A stretch of DNA of 64,000 nt from Promethearchaeota archaeon (GTDB lineage: Archaea; Asgardarchaeota; Thorarchaeia; Thorarchaeales; Thorarchaeaceae): NCBI GenBank assembly GCA_048939765.1, contig JBHLPF010000008.1, forward strand, positions 2,712-66,711. The letters are read 5' to 3'. Position numbers and translations under genes: made by a program. This document shows positions 39,214 to 49,188 of the stretch, one piece after another. Each line of letters begins with the position of its first letter. The first letter of the stretch is position 1. The notes below the pieces were generated by a model, which was given only the letters and a program-made list of their open reading frames with translations, had not been told where the DNA came from and did not search any database.

Positions 39214-39954
39214 TCATGGGTACAAGTATTTTACATTCATTTTCATTGCTCGGAATTCTTGAACGCAAGGAATAATTCGTTGGAATTCGAGTGACCAATT
39301 CTTGGCTTCTGTTACTAAAGGATAGACCTCTACTCCCTTCTTGTGGGCGAGCTCCAGCTCTTGTGCGAACTGAGGATCGGTATCCGCTTTCGGAGAGAAG
39401 AGTGTTGCATCCGGCCTTTGAATAACAAAGACGACTGCAGCTCGGTTCACCAAACCCTCTTGAAGTGCTCTAGCAAGATTTCTGAGATGTCTAGCTCCTC
39501 TCTTAGTCGGCGCATCTGGAAAGAGCGCATGTCCATTCTCAACTAGTGTGCAGGATTTGACCTCTATGAATGTATCCCCCCTTGAACCCTCCAACTTGAA
39601 ATCGAAACGACCGTCATAGATCCGAGGTTCAGTAATGACAGTATCGTAGGGCAGAAACCAGTCAAGAGCATTATTCAGCAAGCAGTTTCTGATGAACCGG
39701 TTCGGTAGGTTGGAATCAATAGAAACCAAGACTCCATCGTGGGACACTCCGATCATGTCATACTCTGTCTTACGATGGGGCCCTGATTTGCGTCGAAGGA
39801 ATACCTGTTTGCCAGGAACCATCAATTCATACATTCTGCCGGGATTGGGAACGAACACTTCAATGAGTCTTCTGTTGAGCTTGACTCTTCCAAGGAATCT
39901 ATTTGGTCGGTCGACGAACTGAGCCTCTACTACTTCACCATCTGCCACTGTCAT
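39214..39954 (-). CDS. sfsA: DNA/RNA nuclease SfsA
   Basis: RPNRF, VPNPGRM.EL, RFDF, IEVKSCTLV, FPDAPTKRGARHL, DPQFA. Confidence 0.93.
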   Translation of the reverse strand: MTVADGEVVEAQFVDRPNRFLGRVKLNRRLIEVFVPNPGRMYELMVPGKQVFLRRKSGPHRKTEYDMIGVSHDGVLVSIDSNLPNRFIRNCLLNNALDWFLPYDTVITEPRIYDGRFDFKLEGSRGDTFIEVKSCTLVENGHALFPDAPTKRGARHLRNLARALQEGLVNRAAVVFVIQRPDATLFSPKADTDPQFAQELELAHKKGVEVYPLVTEAKNWSLEFQRIIPCVQEFRAMKMNVKYLYP

Positions 39955-40024
39955 AAGACGATTGTGATGAAGGATTATTGCACATTGCTCTTCCGGTCTG
40001 GCAAGCAGTTGACATATTGACATT

Positions 40025-41182
40025 TCAGAAGAATTCAGTAAGAGTTGACTGTGTACTCCCCTCTGAGAGACCGGATACTTTCACGCCGATGAGTCTCAGA
40101 TACTTATCGGGGTTCCTCTTTCTATCAAAGATCTCAACCGCGATTTGTCGGAGCATTTCTTGGTCATCAGTTTCCACAGGGATTGATTTGCTCCTCTGGA
40201 TAGTTGCGTAGTCCGCGTATCGCATTTTGACAGTGACCGTCTTGAACTTGAGGGATTTCTGTCTAAGCCGGTCACCTATCCTTCCACACATTCTTGCAAT
40301 TGTTCCATGAAGGAAATCTACCTCCTCTGGATCAATGTCCTCCATGAATGTGAAGTCCTTTGATATCGACTTCCTTATGCGGGGTCCATTGTCAAGCAGA
40401 GGTCGATCGTCTATACCGTGTGCTCGGTTATGCAACCAACGTGACCCTCTTCCCATCATTGGCCAGAGATCAGTAATCGTCATTTCATGGATTTGACCTA
40501 GCATTTCTATACCGTGCTTTCGTAGCCTTTGAGCAGTCTTTGCACCAACGCCATTGAGCGCATCTACAGGCAATGGAGCCAGAAACCTCAGTACTTCCTC
40601 TGGATCTTGACCCACAACTGTAATTCCTAATGGCTTGTTTATTCCCGTCGCAATTTTGGCTACGCTCATATTTGGAGCTACACCAATGGAACAAGGCAGC
40701 TTCGTCTGGTGTCGGATTTCGCTTTGGATTGCCTGCGCTAATGAGTAAATTCCTTCATAATCTTGAATATGCTCAGTCACCTCTATGTAGGCTTCATCGA
40801 TACTGGCTCTTCGCACCCTTCCTTCATCTGAGAAATCTCGAAGGACATCCATTACTTCTGCAGATGCTTCGCCATATGATGAGAACTCTCCAGATACGAA
40901 TACAGCTTCTGGACATAAGCGATAAGCCTTTGAAACAGGCATGCCAGAGTGAATACCAAAAGCTCTAGCTTCATAGGATGCAGTCCTCACCACGCCTCTT
41001 CCACGACCACCCTTTGGGTCATGGCCTACACACACCGGTTTTCCGGCTAACTCAGGATGATTTCTGTACTGTTCCACCGCGGCGAAGAACGCATCCATGT
41101 CTACGTGCATTATCCAGCGTTCCAACTCATATCCCGCGTCTTCATAACGTGAAATGGTTTCTGGATTTCTAAAGCCCTTCAT
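40025..41182 (-). CDS. dinB: DNA polymerase IV (Y-family)
   Basis: HVDMDAFFAAVE, ASYEARAFGIHSGMP, SIDEAY, AKIA..NKPLG, little finger RLIGV. Confidence 0.95.
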   Translation of the reverse strand: MKGFRNPETISRYEDAGYELERWIMHVDMDAFFAAVEQYRNHPELAGKPVCVGHDPKGGRGRGVVRTASYEARAFGIHSGMPVSKAYRLCPEAVFVSGEFSSYGEASAEVMDVLRDFSDEGRVRRASIDEAYIEVTEHIQDYEGIYSLAQAIQSEIRHQTKLPCSIGVAPNMSVAKIATGINKPLGITVVGQDPEEVLRFLAPLPVDALNGVGAKTAQRLRKHGIEMLGQIHEMTITDLWPMMGRGSRWLHNRAHGIDDRPLLDNGPRIRKSISKDFTFMEDIDPEEVDFLHGTIARMCGRIGDRLRQKSLKFKTVTVKMRYADYATIQRSKSIPVETDDQEMLRQIAVEIFDRKRNPDKYLRLIGVKVSGLSEGSTQSTLTEFF

Positions 41183-41188
41183 ACAATT

Positions 41189-41241
41189 GAACGAACTCCC
41201 AGCGAACGGGGAGTTGACCGAACCTATTGCGAACCTATTGC
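41189..41241. promoter_or_regulatory. Two GAAC-N7-GAAC direct repeats between the divergent dinB and HD genes
   Basis: GAAC at 41193/41204 and 41220/41231; tandem CGAACCTATTG x2 at 41219-41240. Confidence 0.5.
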
Positions 41242-41300
41242 TCTTCCAACAGAGTGATATGGACTAATCACAGGCCAACGAACATCCTGGAGGAAAACTA

Positions 41301-41909
41301 TTGGTCGATTTTGAAAGACTCTCGCAGCAGATGCGTTTCATTGCAGAGATTGATAAGCTCAAGCATATCGAGCGCCAATCCGCTTTGACTGATGGAACTC
41401 GGCAGGAGAATGACTCTGAGCACTCATGGCATATCGCAGCCATGGCAATCCTCCTATCTGAATATTCCAATACTCGGAATATTGACCTTCTCAAAGTCAT
41501 CAAGATGCTTCTCATTCACGACCTTGTGGAGATAGATGCTGGAGATACGTTTCTGTATGATGCCATTGGCAATTCCACAAAAGCTAAAAGAGAGACGAAA
41601 GCTGCTGCAAGGATTTTCGGCTTATTACCCAAGGACCAAGCTGAAGAGATGCTCTCGCTATGGGAGGAATTTGAGGCACGAGGAACTCCAGAGGCCAAGT
41701 TCGCTTTTGCTATGGATGCAATTCAGCCTCTCATCCTGAGCTTTCACAATAAAGGATGGTCTTGGAAGAAGCATGGCATCGTTAAATCCCAGATAGTTGA
41801 TAAGAAGAAACCTCTGAAGATGGGTTCAGAGGATCTTTGGGAATATGCACAAACCTTGGTTGCGAAGGCTATAGATGAAGGCTTTCTCATAGATGATGAA
41901 GCAGGCTAG
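41301..41909 (+). CDS. HD-domain hydrolase (HDDC2/YfbR-like)
   Basis: DKLKHIER, ENDSEHSWH, LIHDLVEIDAGD, WEEFE..TPEAKFA. Confidence 0.9.
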   Translation: MVDFERLSQQMRFIAEIDKLKHIERQSALTDGTRQENDSEHSWHIAAMAILLSEYSNTRNIDLLKVIKMLLIHDLVEIDAGDTFLYDAIGNSTKAKRETKAAARIFGLLPKDQAEEMLSLWEEFEARGTPEAKFAFAMDAIQPLILSFHNKGWSWKKHGIVKSQIVDKKKPLKMGSEDLWEYAQTLVAKAIDEGFLIDDEAG

Positions 41910-42874
41910 ACTCGATACTGCGAGAAGAACCGTTCGAGGTCCACATTTCCTCCGCTGAGAATGACTCCAATACGTCTTCCCTTTAGCTGCTCACAAATCT
42001 GCAAGAGGGCGGCAAGAGAAACAGCTCCTGATGGCTCGACAACTACTTTCATTCTCTCCCAGAGCAAGCGCATTGCTTTGACGATTTCTTGATCACTCAC
42101 TGTCACGATTCTGTCTACATTTTGCTGGATGATTGAGAAGGTCAATTCGGAGAGTGAGGTGAGAAGTCCATCAGCGATGGTGCTTGGGTTCACAGAGGGC
42201 AGAATCTTTCCAGTTGTAAATGAGCGATATGCATCGTCAGCACCCTTCGGCTCCCCTGCAATGACATCGGCTTTAGGCAGGAGCCCCTTTGTGGCAATAG
42301 AGGTACCGCTGAGGAGCCCACCCCCTCCAACAGGAGCGAATATAGCATCAAGAGACCCTACTTCCTTGATGAGCTCGAATGCAGCTGTTCCTGCTCCAGC
42401 AATGATGTTGGGATTATCATAGGGATGAATGAGAGTATATCCATGCTTCTCGATAAGTGCAGCTGCAGTGCGCTGTCGAGACGCCAACGTTGGTTCACAT
42501 ACAACGACCTCTGCGCCATAGCCTTTGGTGGCTTCCATCTTCACTGCAGGAGAACTGCTTGGCATGACAACTGTGCATCTGACACCTCGTTTGGATGATG
42601 CTAGTGCCAAGGCTTGGGCATGATTCCCAGAGGAATGTGTTATCACACCCTTCTCTCGCTCCTTTTGACTGAGCAATGAAACCGCGTTCAAGGCTCCGCG
42701 GAATTTGAACGCTCCGACGCGCTGGAAGTTTTCACACTTGAAGAAGACCTCGGAGTCAGTGAGTGCATCAATGGTCGTTGAGGTCATCACTGGAGTCTTC
42801 GTGACCGAATCTTTGATTCTTTCATAAGCAGCTTCAATGTCAGCGAATTCAACCATGGTTGCAATGGTTTCCAC
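41906..42874 (-). CDS. Serine/threonine dehydratase (serine racemase-like) PLP enzyme
   Basis: KCENFQRVGAFKFRGA, SSGNHAQ, PVGGGGL, VEPSGA, SGGN. Confidence 0.92.
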   Translation of the reverse strand: METIATMVEFADIEAAYERIKDSVTKTPVMTSTTIDALTDSEVFFKCENFQRVGAFKFRGALNAVSLLSQKEREKGVITHSSGNHAQALALASSKRGVRCTVVMPSSSPAVKMEATKGYGAEVVVCEPTLASRQRTAAALIEKHGYTLIHPYDNPNIIAGAGTAAFELIKEVGSLDAIFAPVGGGGLLSGTSIATKGLLPKADVIAGEPKGADDAYRSFTTGKILPSVNPSTIADGLLTSLSELTFSIIQQNVDRIVTVSDQEIVKAMRLLWERMKVVVEPSGAVSLAALLQICEQLKGRRIGVILSGGNVDLERFFSQYRV

Positions 42875-42939
42875 CCTCCAGAAAAGGATTCCTTTCTAAC
42901 TTCTGGATTTTCGAAAGGCTTAATCCTCGCCGCTAACTG

Positions 42940-43728
42940 ATGACTCGAATCAGTGAAGAAGAAATCCCACAGGAGTATGATTCTCAGATGAGTAACAAGT
43001 TCCTAAGTTCACAGCCGGATTACATTCGAATTCTAGTTGTTGCTGTAATTCTAGGACTGGAAACGATTGCTGCATTTACAGGGATAACGAATCCGTGGTT
43101 TCTTGGTGCCTCTGTCGCCCTTGTGATTCTGGCGATTGTCAACTACATTGATGTTCGGTCCCAAGAATGGTCACGCTATGCATCGCTTCTACTAATTGCG
43201 ATGATTTGTGGCTCAACTGGTGATTTCTTGATGGCTGATATCTTTCGTATAACACCAATCCCTGTCTTGAATGGCATAATCTTCTTCGGGATTGGTCACT
43301 TCTTCTATCTCCTAGCGCTTCGAGACAGGTCCAGTATGCTCCTCCGTTCTCCAGGAATGGATCAGCCCAGATTGATGACGAAGAATATTGCAGCATGGCT
43401 AGTGGTGTCTGTTCTTGTGGTCATACTCTTTATGACGACGGTCTTCAATCCAACAATGCTCGAGCTTGGAATTGGAATGCTTGCCTACGGTCTTCTTATT
43501 GGGACAGTATTGGCTTTTGCTGTCACAAAGTGGTTTGATGACTTCCCATCCACGTTTTCCTTATGCCTATCAATTGGATTTCTCCTCTTCTTTTTCTCAG
43601 ATTGGTTGATTGGTTATCATATGATGACCGATGCAAGCTTCCTCTCTGGTCCATACGTTGGACTGACCTACATCGTTGGGCAGCTATTGGTTCAACTCTC
43701 AACGATGTTTGGCTCAAAGGAAACCTGA
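42940..43728 (+). CDS. YhhN / TMEM86 lysoplasmalogenase-like membrane protein
   Basis: GDFLM, FFGIGH..Y, LLFFFSDWLIG, TYIVGQLL. Confidence 0.75.
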   Translation: MTRISEEEIPQEYDSQMSNKFLSSQPDYIRILVVAVILGLETIAAFTGITNPWFLGASVALVILAIVNYIDVRSQEWSRYASLLLIAMICGSTGDFLMADIFRITPIPVLNGIIFFGIGHFFYLLALRDRSSMLLRSPGMDQPRLMTKNIAAWLVVSVLVVILFMTTVFNPTMLELGIGMLAYGLLIGTVLAFAVTKWFDDFPSTFSLCLSIGFLLFFFSDWLIGYHMMTDASFLSGPYVGLTYIVGQLLVQLSTMFGSKET

Positions 43729-43762
43729 AAGGTGAACCAAAAGTAGATCTGGTGGTAATACG

Positions 43763-44254
43763 ATGCGAGGCATTCGAAGAAAAGAGAAGGAGATAACTGA
43801 TGCTGCAGAGATGATTGCTATTCTGAAGCAAGCGAAATACATCACTGTAGCTATGTGTCTGGATGATGAACCATACCTGGCGACGTTGAGTCATGGTTTT
43901 GATCCTGAGGAGAACTGCATCTATTTTCACTGTGCCCAGGAAGGAAAGAAGATTGACATTCTCAAGAAGAATAACCTGGTCTGGGGACAGGCTATGAAGG
44001 ATGACGGATACGCTGCAGGTAAGTGTGACCATTTGTATGCAACTACTCAGTTTAGAGGAAGAGTCACCTTCATAGCTGATGAGAATGAGAAGCGGCATGC
44101 TCTGAGAGTGATGATTAATCAACTGGAAGAAGAGCCAGACAAAGTCTATGCCGAACAGGTGACAGAGAAATCGGTCAGTAGAGTGGGAATTGGACGTTTA
44201 GATATTGAATACATGAGCGGCAAGAGGGCCTCAGAGGTCATAATCCAGACGTAG
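43763..44254 (+). CDS. NimA-like pyridoxamine 5'-phosphate oxidase family flavin-binding protein
   Basis: IRRKEKEI, PY, IYFHCAQEGKKIDILKKN, MSGK. Confidence 0.88.
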   Translation: MRGIRRKEKEITDAAEMIAILKQAKYITVAMCLDDEPYLATLSHGFDPEENCIYFHCAQEGKKIDILKKNNLVWGQAMKDDGYAAGKCDHLYATTQFRGRVTFIADENEKRHALRVMINQLEEEPDKVYAEQVTEKSVSRVGIGRLDIEYMSGKRASEVIIQT

Positions 44255-44659
44255 CTAAGGATTGTCCGAGAGGGCTTGAAGCACCTCCAATGCCTCCTCG
44301 CCATCTTCAAATGGCACAAAGAGATGGTCATGGTAGTAGGCTGAAACTACATTCACGCTAATTCCTTCTTTGGCAAGCTCCGTTGATACTTTCGCAATGA
44401 AGCCAATAGCCTCAAGGTCTGAATGAACTGACAATGTGATCAGGGCCCATGTCGCTGGATAGTCCAGCCCACGAGAGTCAGCTATATCTCGCTCGAGAAT
44501 GAAGGTGACTCCATCCTCTTCTCTGAACATAAGAAGCGCGTCATCTTTGAGCTCTTCGATGAGACTCTCCACCACTGAAACGAACACATATTCCGCTTCT
44601 GACAATACGGGTTCCATTGACCTAAGAAGAGTACCTAGATCGTCTTCGCCACGCTTCAT
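44255..44659 (-). CDS. ACT-domain protein (DUF2241-type)
   Basis: GEDDL..LLRSMEP, FREEDGVT, ITLSVHSDLEAIG, SAYYHDHLFVP. Confidence 0.85.
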   Translation of the reverse strand: MKRGEDDLGTLLRSMEPVLSEAEYVFVSVVESLIEELKDDALLMFREEDGVTFILERDIADSRGLDYPATWALITLSVHSDLEAIGFIAKVSTELAKEGISVNVVSAYYHDHLFVPFEDGEEALEVLQALSDNP

Positions 44660-44679
44660 CCAATCCCCCTCGCAATGAC

Positions 44680-45195
44680 TTAGCTTCTCTTTCCACCAAA
44701 GGTTTCCCAGGAAACAATTTCATCCAGCGAGCGCCGAGTGCTTGTCCTTTCTTGGTCTCCATAGCCTACTGAAATTGAGCAAACAACTCTAAGGTCATCA
44801 GGCACGTTCAAGAGTCTCCGGAATACAGGCTCGATGTCTGTGTCTCGTACTCCCATCCAACACGTGCTCAATCCTTGCGCGTAGGCTGCTAGCAGCATGT
44901 TTTGAACAGCATTGTGAGGATCAGCCAAATTATATCTCGGGTGTCTGGCTGGTTCACCAATGACTACAATGACTACGGGTGATTCCTTCATGAATCGTCC
45001 GTATGTGTGAGCCTCAGCGAGATTTTCACGCAAAGCCTTATCGCGGACTACAATGAACTGCCAAGGCTGCCTGTTTGAGGCTGAGGGTGCCCACCGTCCA
45101 GCTTCGAGAATCTCCTGCAATTTCTTATCCTCGACCTCTGTGTCTTTGTACTTCCTGATGCTTCTTCGGTTTCTAATTGCTTCCAGAACATCCAT
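44680..45195 (-). CDS. Nitroreductase family protein
   Basis: MDVLEAIRNRRSIRKY, APSASNRQPW, NMLLAA..GLSTCW. Confidence 0.92.
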   Translation of the reverse strand: MDVLEAIRNRRSIRKYKDTEVEDKKLQEILEAGRWAPSASNRQPWQFIVVRDKALRENLAEAHTYGRFMKESPVVIVVIGEPARHPRYNLADPHNAVQNMLLAAYAQGLSTCWMGVRDTDIEPVFRRLLNVPDDLRVVCSISVGYGDQERTSTRRSLDEIVSWETFGGKRS

Positions 45196-45313
45196 CTTTA
45201 ATCTTGATGCGAATGATGCATGACCAATATAAGCCATAGCACTTGGCAATGGAGTGCTAATGTCCGGATGGGAAAGCTAAAAGGAGCGTGGTGTTGGCCC
45301 AAATTCATCCCGG

Positions 45314-46768
45314 ATGGCGAATTCTATCATGCGTATAAAGACCCATCAGAAACTGCTGACAAGTGTTGGCGTTGACATTGGTACTTCAACTTCACATGTC
45401 GTCTTTAGTAGCATCCTTCTTGAAAGAAACCTGAATAGCCGTACCGAGAAGTTTGAGATAAAAGAAAAGAAAGTGCTTCACAAGGGCCCTATTCATCTCA
45501 CGCCCTTTTCTGGTCCAGATACAATAGATTTCGGAACTCTGAGAAGACTCATTCTTGCAGACTATGTTGATGCTGGCTTTGAGCTCTTACAGATTGATAC
45601 AGGTGCTGTGATCATCACAGGCGAAACTGCTCGCAAAGAGAATGCTGAAGAAATCGTGGAAGCTCTTGCTGGTGAAACAGGCAAATTCGTGGCAGCGACA
45701 GCAGGGCCCAATTTTGAGAGTGTCTTAGCGGCTCACGGCTCTGGAGCTGTGGCCAAATCAGCAGAAACGGGTCTGACAATTCTGTCTTGTGATATCGGGG
45801 GCGGGTCATCCAACATTGGAGTCTGCCGAGATGGTAAAGTGGTTGCGACTGCTGCAATAAATGTCGGAGGTCGTTTGGTGGCTATGGACGAAGCAGGCAC
45901 TATCATCCGACTCGAGGAAACTGGACGGCTTCTCGGAGAGAAAGTCAACCTCTCGCTGAACCTTGGCCAGATCCTAGACGATTCTTCGAAGCGACTACTA
46001 TCACAGACACTGGCAAATGCCCTAATTGATGCCATAGAGGGAAAGTGCGAATCAGAGATCACAAAGATGCTCATGATGACGGTTCCCCTTGACTTCAATG
46101 ACAAAGTGGATGAAGTAATGTTCTCAGGAGGGGTTGCGGAGTTCATCTACGGGATTGAAACAAAGGACTATAATGACTTGGGACAAATGCTGGCTCAATC
46201 TATTCTAAAACTGGTTGAGAAGCACGAGATTCCAATAGTGGAGCCTGAGCACCGAATCCGTGCAACTGTGATAGGAGCAGGCCAATCAAGTCTGCAGGTG
46301 AGTGGATCAACCACTTTTCTCTCCTCAGGGCTGGCATATCCTCTGAGAAATCTACCAGTCATCACTCCTTATGTGCCGAAAGGAAAGACATCAATGCAGA
46401 AAGTGCGAGATGCAATCCAGGATGCCCTAAGAAGATTCGATATCAAGGAGGGCATAGATCCTCTCATTCTGGCCTTTGAAGATGCAGTCAGACCATCATA
46501 CGAGAGCCTTACAGAATTTGCCAAGGGTATTGTGGCCGGTCTTCCCAGAACTGTAGCTAATGGTACGCCTATCTTGATGTGCTTTGACACAGACATAGGC
46601 AATAGTGTTGGGAATGTCATGAAACGAGAAACCGGCGTGACCAATGAAATCCTATCCATTGATGAGATCTCCCTCCATGAAGGTGATTTCGTGGATCTCG
46701 GAGAGCCTATTATCGAGAACGTCGTAGTTCCCGTAGTCGTGAAGACACTTGTTTTCGAGGAAAGGTAG
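45314..46768 (+). CDS. eutA: Ethanolamine ammonia-lyase reactivating factor EutA-like ATPase
   Basis: SVGVDIGTSTS, TGAVIITGETARKENA, FVAATAGPNFESVLAAHGSGA, DIGGG, SGGVAE, IRATVIGAG, VPVVVKTL. Confidence 0.88.
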   Translation: MANSIMRIKTHQKLLTSVGVDIGTSTSHVVFSSILLERNLNSRTEKFEIKEKKVLHKGPIHLTPFSGPDTIDFGTLRRLILADYVDAGFELLQIDTGAVIITGETARKENAEEIVEALAGETGKFVAATAGPNFESVLAAHGSGAVAKSAETGLTILSCDIGGGSSNIGVCRDGKVVATAAINVGGRLVAMDEAGTIIRLEETGRLLGEKVNLSLNLGQILDDSSKRLLSQTLANALIDAIEGKCESEITKMLMMTVPLDFNDKVDEVMFSGGVAEFIYGIETKDYNDLGQMLAQSILKLVEKHEIPIVEPEHRIRATVIGAGQSSLQVSGSTTFLSSGLAYPLRNLPVITPYVPKGKTSMQKVRDAIQDALRRFDIKEGIDPLILAFEDAVRPSYESLTEFAKGIVAGLPRTVANGTPILMCFDTDIGNSVGNVMKRETGVTNEILSIDEISLHEGDFVDLGEPIIENVVVPVVVKTLVFEER

Positions 46769-46773
46769 GCAGG

Positions 46774-48021
46774 TTATTCGCCTTCTCCTTTTGCCCACAA
46801 GTCCCCCGATTCCGCCCAATCTGCCTTGTGAGGATCTGATCCCGGATTCGTTTTCATCTCCGGCGACGATTTCATGCGAGGAGATAGCAGGCTTCTCAGT
46901 TTTGAGATTATCAGATATGTGAATGGTACTTTTACTGTGGTATATGTTTCCGCACGCATACCCTGCTTTTCGGAAGACTGGTTACCCATCACTATGATCT
47001 CTTGATCCTTCTCATACCACATCTGAACTTCCTTCTCCTCCCAAATGGTCTGCCTTGGAGGAATCTGCTTTTGAAGAAAGACGACTAGGAAACCCAAGAC
47101 AATCAGAATGGGGACTGGAACAATCGTATAATATGGTGCTATGATTAGGAAGACTGCAGCTGGCGCTATAATGGATAGTGCAGCATAGCCAGCAATCCTC
47201 GTCTTTTCCACATGGCCCTGAATATATTGGAGAATTGAATATGCAAACACCAGAGTGAAGAAACCCATGGCATATGTCAAGAACATGGAATAAGGAGCTA
47301 CTGAGAGATAGAACCAAGAATACCCGCTGCCGGAGCTATAGTAACTTCCTATCCAAATAGGCGTAATTATGCCAAGGCTCTGTCCTCCACCATATGGATC
47401 GAAATACCCGAAGCTGAATGCGAGACTTGGAAGACAGAGTGCGATGACTCCCAAAATTTGACTTAAGATCGAGAATCTCCCTGGGCGTATTCCCTCCTCA
47501 CGAATCATGTCCTCGTGTGTCTGAGAGAAGGATGCAGCTCTTTTGTCAGAGTCAATATAGGACCCCTGCCGACCCATTACAGGAAGGATTACAAACACTG
47601 CAATCACCCACGGAACAATCGTTTGAATCATGGAACCCCCATAGATTGGCATGGAAATGAATGGTCCACCGTAGGGCAGCAGAATCGAGAGAGGATACAC
47701 AATAAGGGAGATGAAGACCGCTGCAGCCAATGCCATTTTCTTGATTGCCATTTCCCTAGGTTGCTGGATCAGCCATCTAGTAAAGTAGATTCCAGGGATG
47801 CATACAGCAATTGCCAGTCCAATTGTGAGGAAGTCAAAGTAGGCCGGAGAATAATATGGAGGTTGCATGGACAGTTCAAGATACGGGTATGATCCCCACG
47901 AAAAGACTAGGGACGTGTATTGAAAAGATATGGGGACGCCAAAGTCTATGGTCAGATAGAGAGGCAGAATTAGAATGGCTACTATCCTGATGACAGTCTT
48001 AGCCAAGTAACTTCGATTCAA
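46774..48021 (-). CDS. Multi-pass hypothetical membrane protein
   Basis: 415 aa, about 8 hydrophobic segments and a soluble C-tail. Confidence 0.7.
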   Translation of the reverse strand: MNRSYLAKTVIRIVAILILPLYLTIDFGVPISFQYTSLVFSWGSYPYLELSMQPPYYSPAYFDFLTIGLAIAVCIPGIYFTRWLIQQPREMAIKKMALAAAVFISLIVYPLSILLPYGGPFISMPIYGGSMIQTIVPWVIAVFVILPVMGRQGSYIDSDKRAASFSQTHEDMIREEGIRPGRFSILSQILGVIALCLPSLAFSFGYFDPYGGGQSLGIITPIWIGSYYSSGSGYSWFYLSVAPYSMFLTYAMGFFTLVFAYSILQYIQGHVEKTRIAGYAALSIIAPAAVFLIIAPYYTIVPVPILIVLGFLVVFLQKQIPPRQTIWEEKEVQMWYEKDQEIIVMGNQSSEKQGMRAETYTTVKVPFTYLIISKLRSLLSPRMKSSPEMKTNPGSDPHKADWAESGDLWAKGEGE

Positions 48022-48160
48022 GTCTACCCCTCGAAGGCGCTCAACAAATGAGCCTACACATACTTCGCTAATAAGGCTATCAATAGAATGAGATTTGCAC
48101 TTCTAGGAGCTTTGGGAGAATTGAAATAGGTGCTGCTTTGCAAACAGAAGCTGATTTGAA

Positions 48161-49093
48161 ATGATGCAAGAAACCCCGCCGAATTTCTGGGTTGACCCCA
48201 TTGCGTATCTACAGTTCTATTGGACTCAAATCTCACCCTTTGTGTTCCTCGTGACTGTACTCATCGTCATCGGGTTGATTTACATCATTGTGACAAGGCT
48301 GGCGAAGAGATCCTTGCTGGCTCTAGGAATGGGAAGAGAGGCCACAATTGGACTTGTACTCATTCTCCGGCTCATTTTCTTCATGTTTGCCGTCTTAATG
48401 CTAGTCAGCTTTTTTGAAGCGAGCTATGCAACAATACTTTCCTTGTCAGCGATTTTTGGTACTGCGCTCGGTCTCGCTTTCTCAACTGCCTTGAGCAATA
48501 TTGTGAGTGGCCTCTATGTGCTAACAGCGAGACCTTTCAGAGTGGGGGATTACGTGCGGATCGGTTCAGTCGAAGGAATCGTCCGGGAAATTACTCTCAA
48601 TTACACTCGTATTCTATTGACTGATGAAAACATCCAGCTGGTGCCAAACAATAAAGTTGTCAGTAGTGAGGTCACCAACTTCAGGATAGATCTGTCCAAG
48701 TACATCGAGAGAAGAGAAGAAGAGGCAACTCAAGAGGCAGAAGCAGGCAGTAAACATTCATACCGAGAAACGCTTGACGAAGCATGGAAGCAGCTGAAAA
48801 CGCTCACATCAGAAAAATACGCCTATAGATATACATTCGACATCAATGTCCATATGAATCTAGATCACACCGCGATGCTCAAGACTTTCGATAAAGTCTG
48901 TGATGAGTGGTCGAATGAATTTCTAACGCGCCCCAATTACATCGTGTGGGCTAAGCCAGTTGCTGCAATCACATACAGATTCTCCTTCATAGTCAGTGAT
49001 CCAATGGTGATCATAAACAGGGGGTCTGATTTCATGCAAGACTTGCTTCATACCTACTATGAACCTAATGAGGCGTATCAGGGAAGAAAGTAG
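48161..49093 (+). CDS. MscS-family mechanosensitive channel
   Basis: ALGLAFSTALSNIVSG..RPFRVGDYVRIG..EGIVREITLNYTRI..VPN. Confidence 0.9.
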   Translation: MMQETPPNFWVDPIAYLQFYWTQISPFVFLVTVLIVIGLIYIIVTRLAKRSLLALGMGREATIGLVLILRLIFFMFAVLMLVSFFEASYATILSLSAIFGTALGLAFSTALSNIVSGLYVLTARPFRVGDYVRIGSVEGIVREITLNYTRILLTDENIQLVPNNKVVSSEVTNFRIDLSKYIERREEEATQEAEAGSKHSYRETLDEAWKQLKTLTSEKYAYRYTFDINVHMNLDHTAMLKTFDKVCDEWSNEFLTRPNYIVWAKPVAAITYRFSFIVSDPMVIINRGSDFMQDLLHTYYEPNEAYQGRK

Positions 49094-49188
49094 GCAGAAC
49101 GGATTAAAGAATAGAATAGAGACCTAGGCTGAGGCCAATCGGTTCAATTGAAACTGCAGCCTCGCCTATGCCTCTAGTTGAAACGGCT

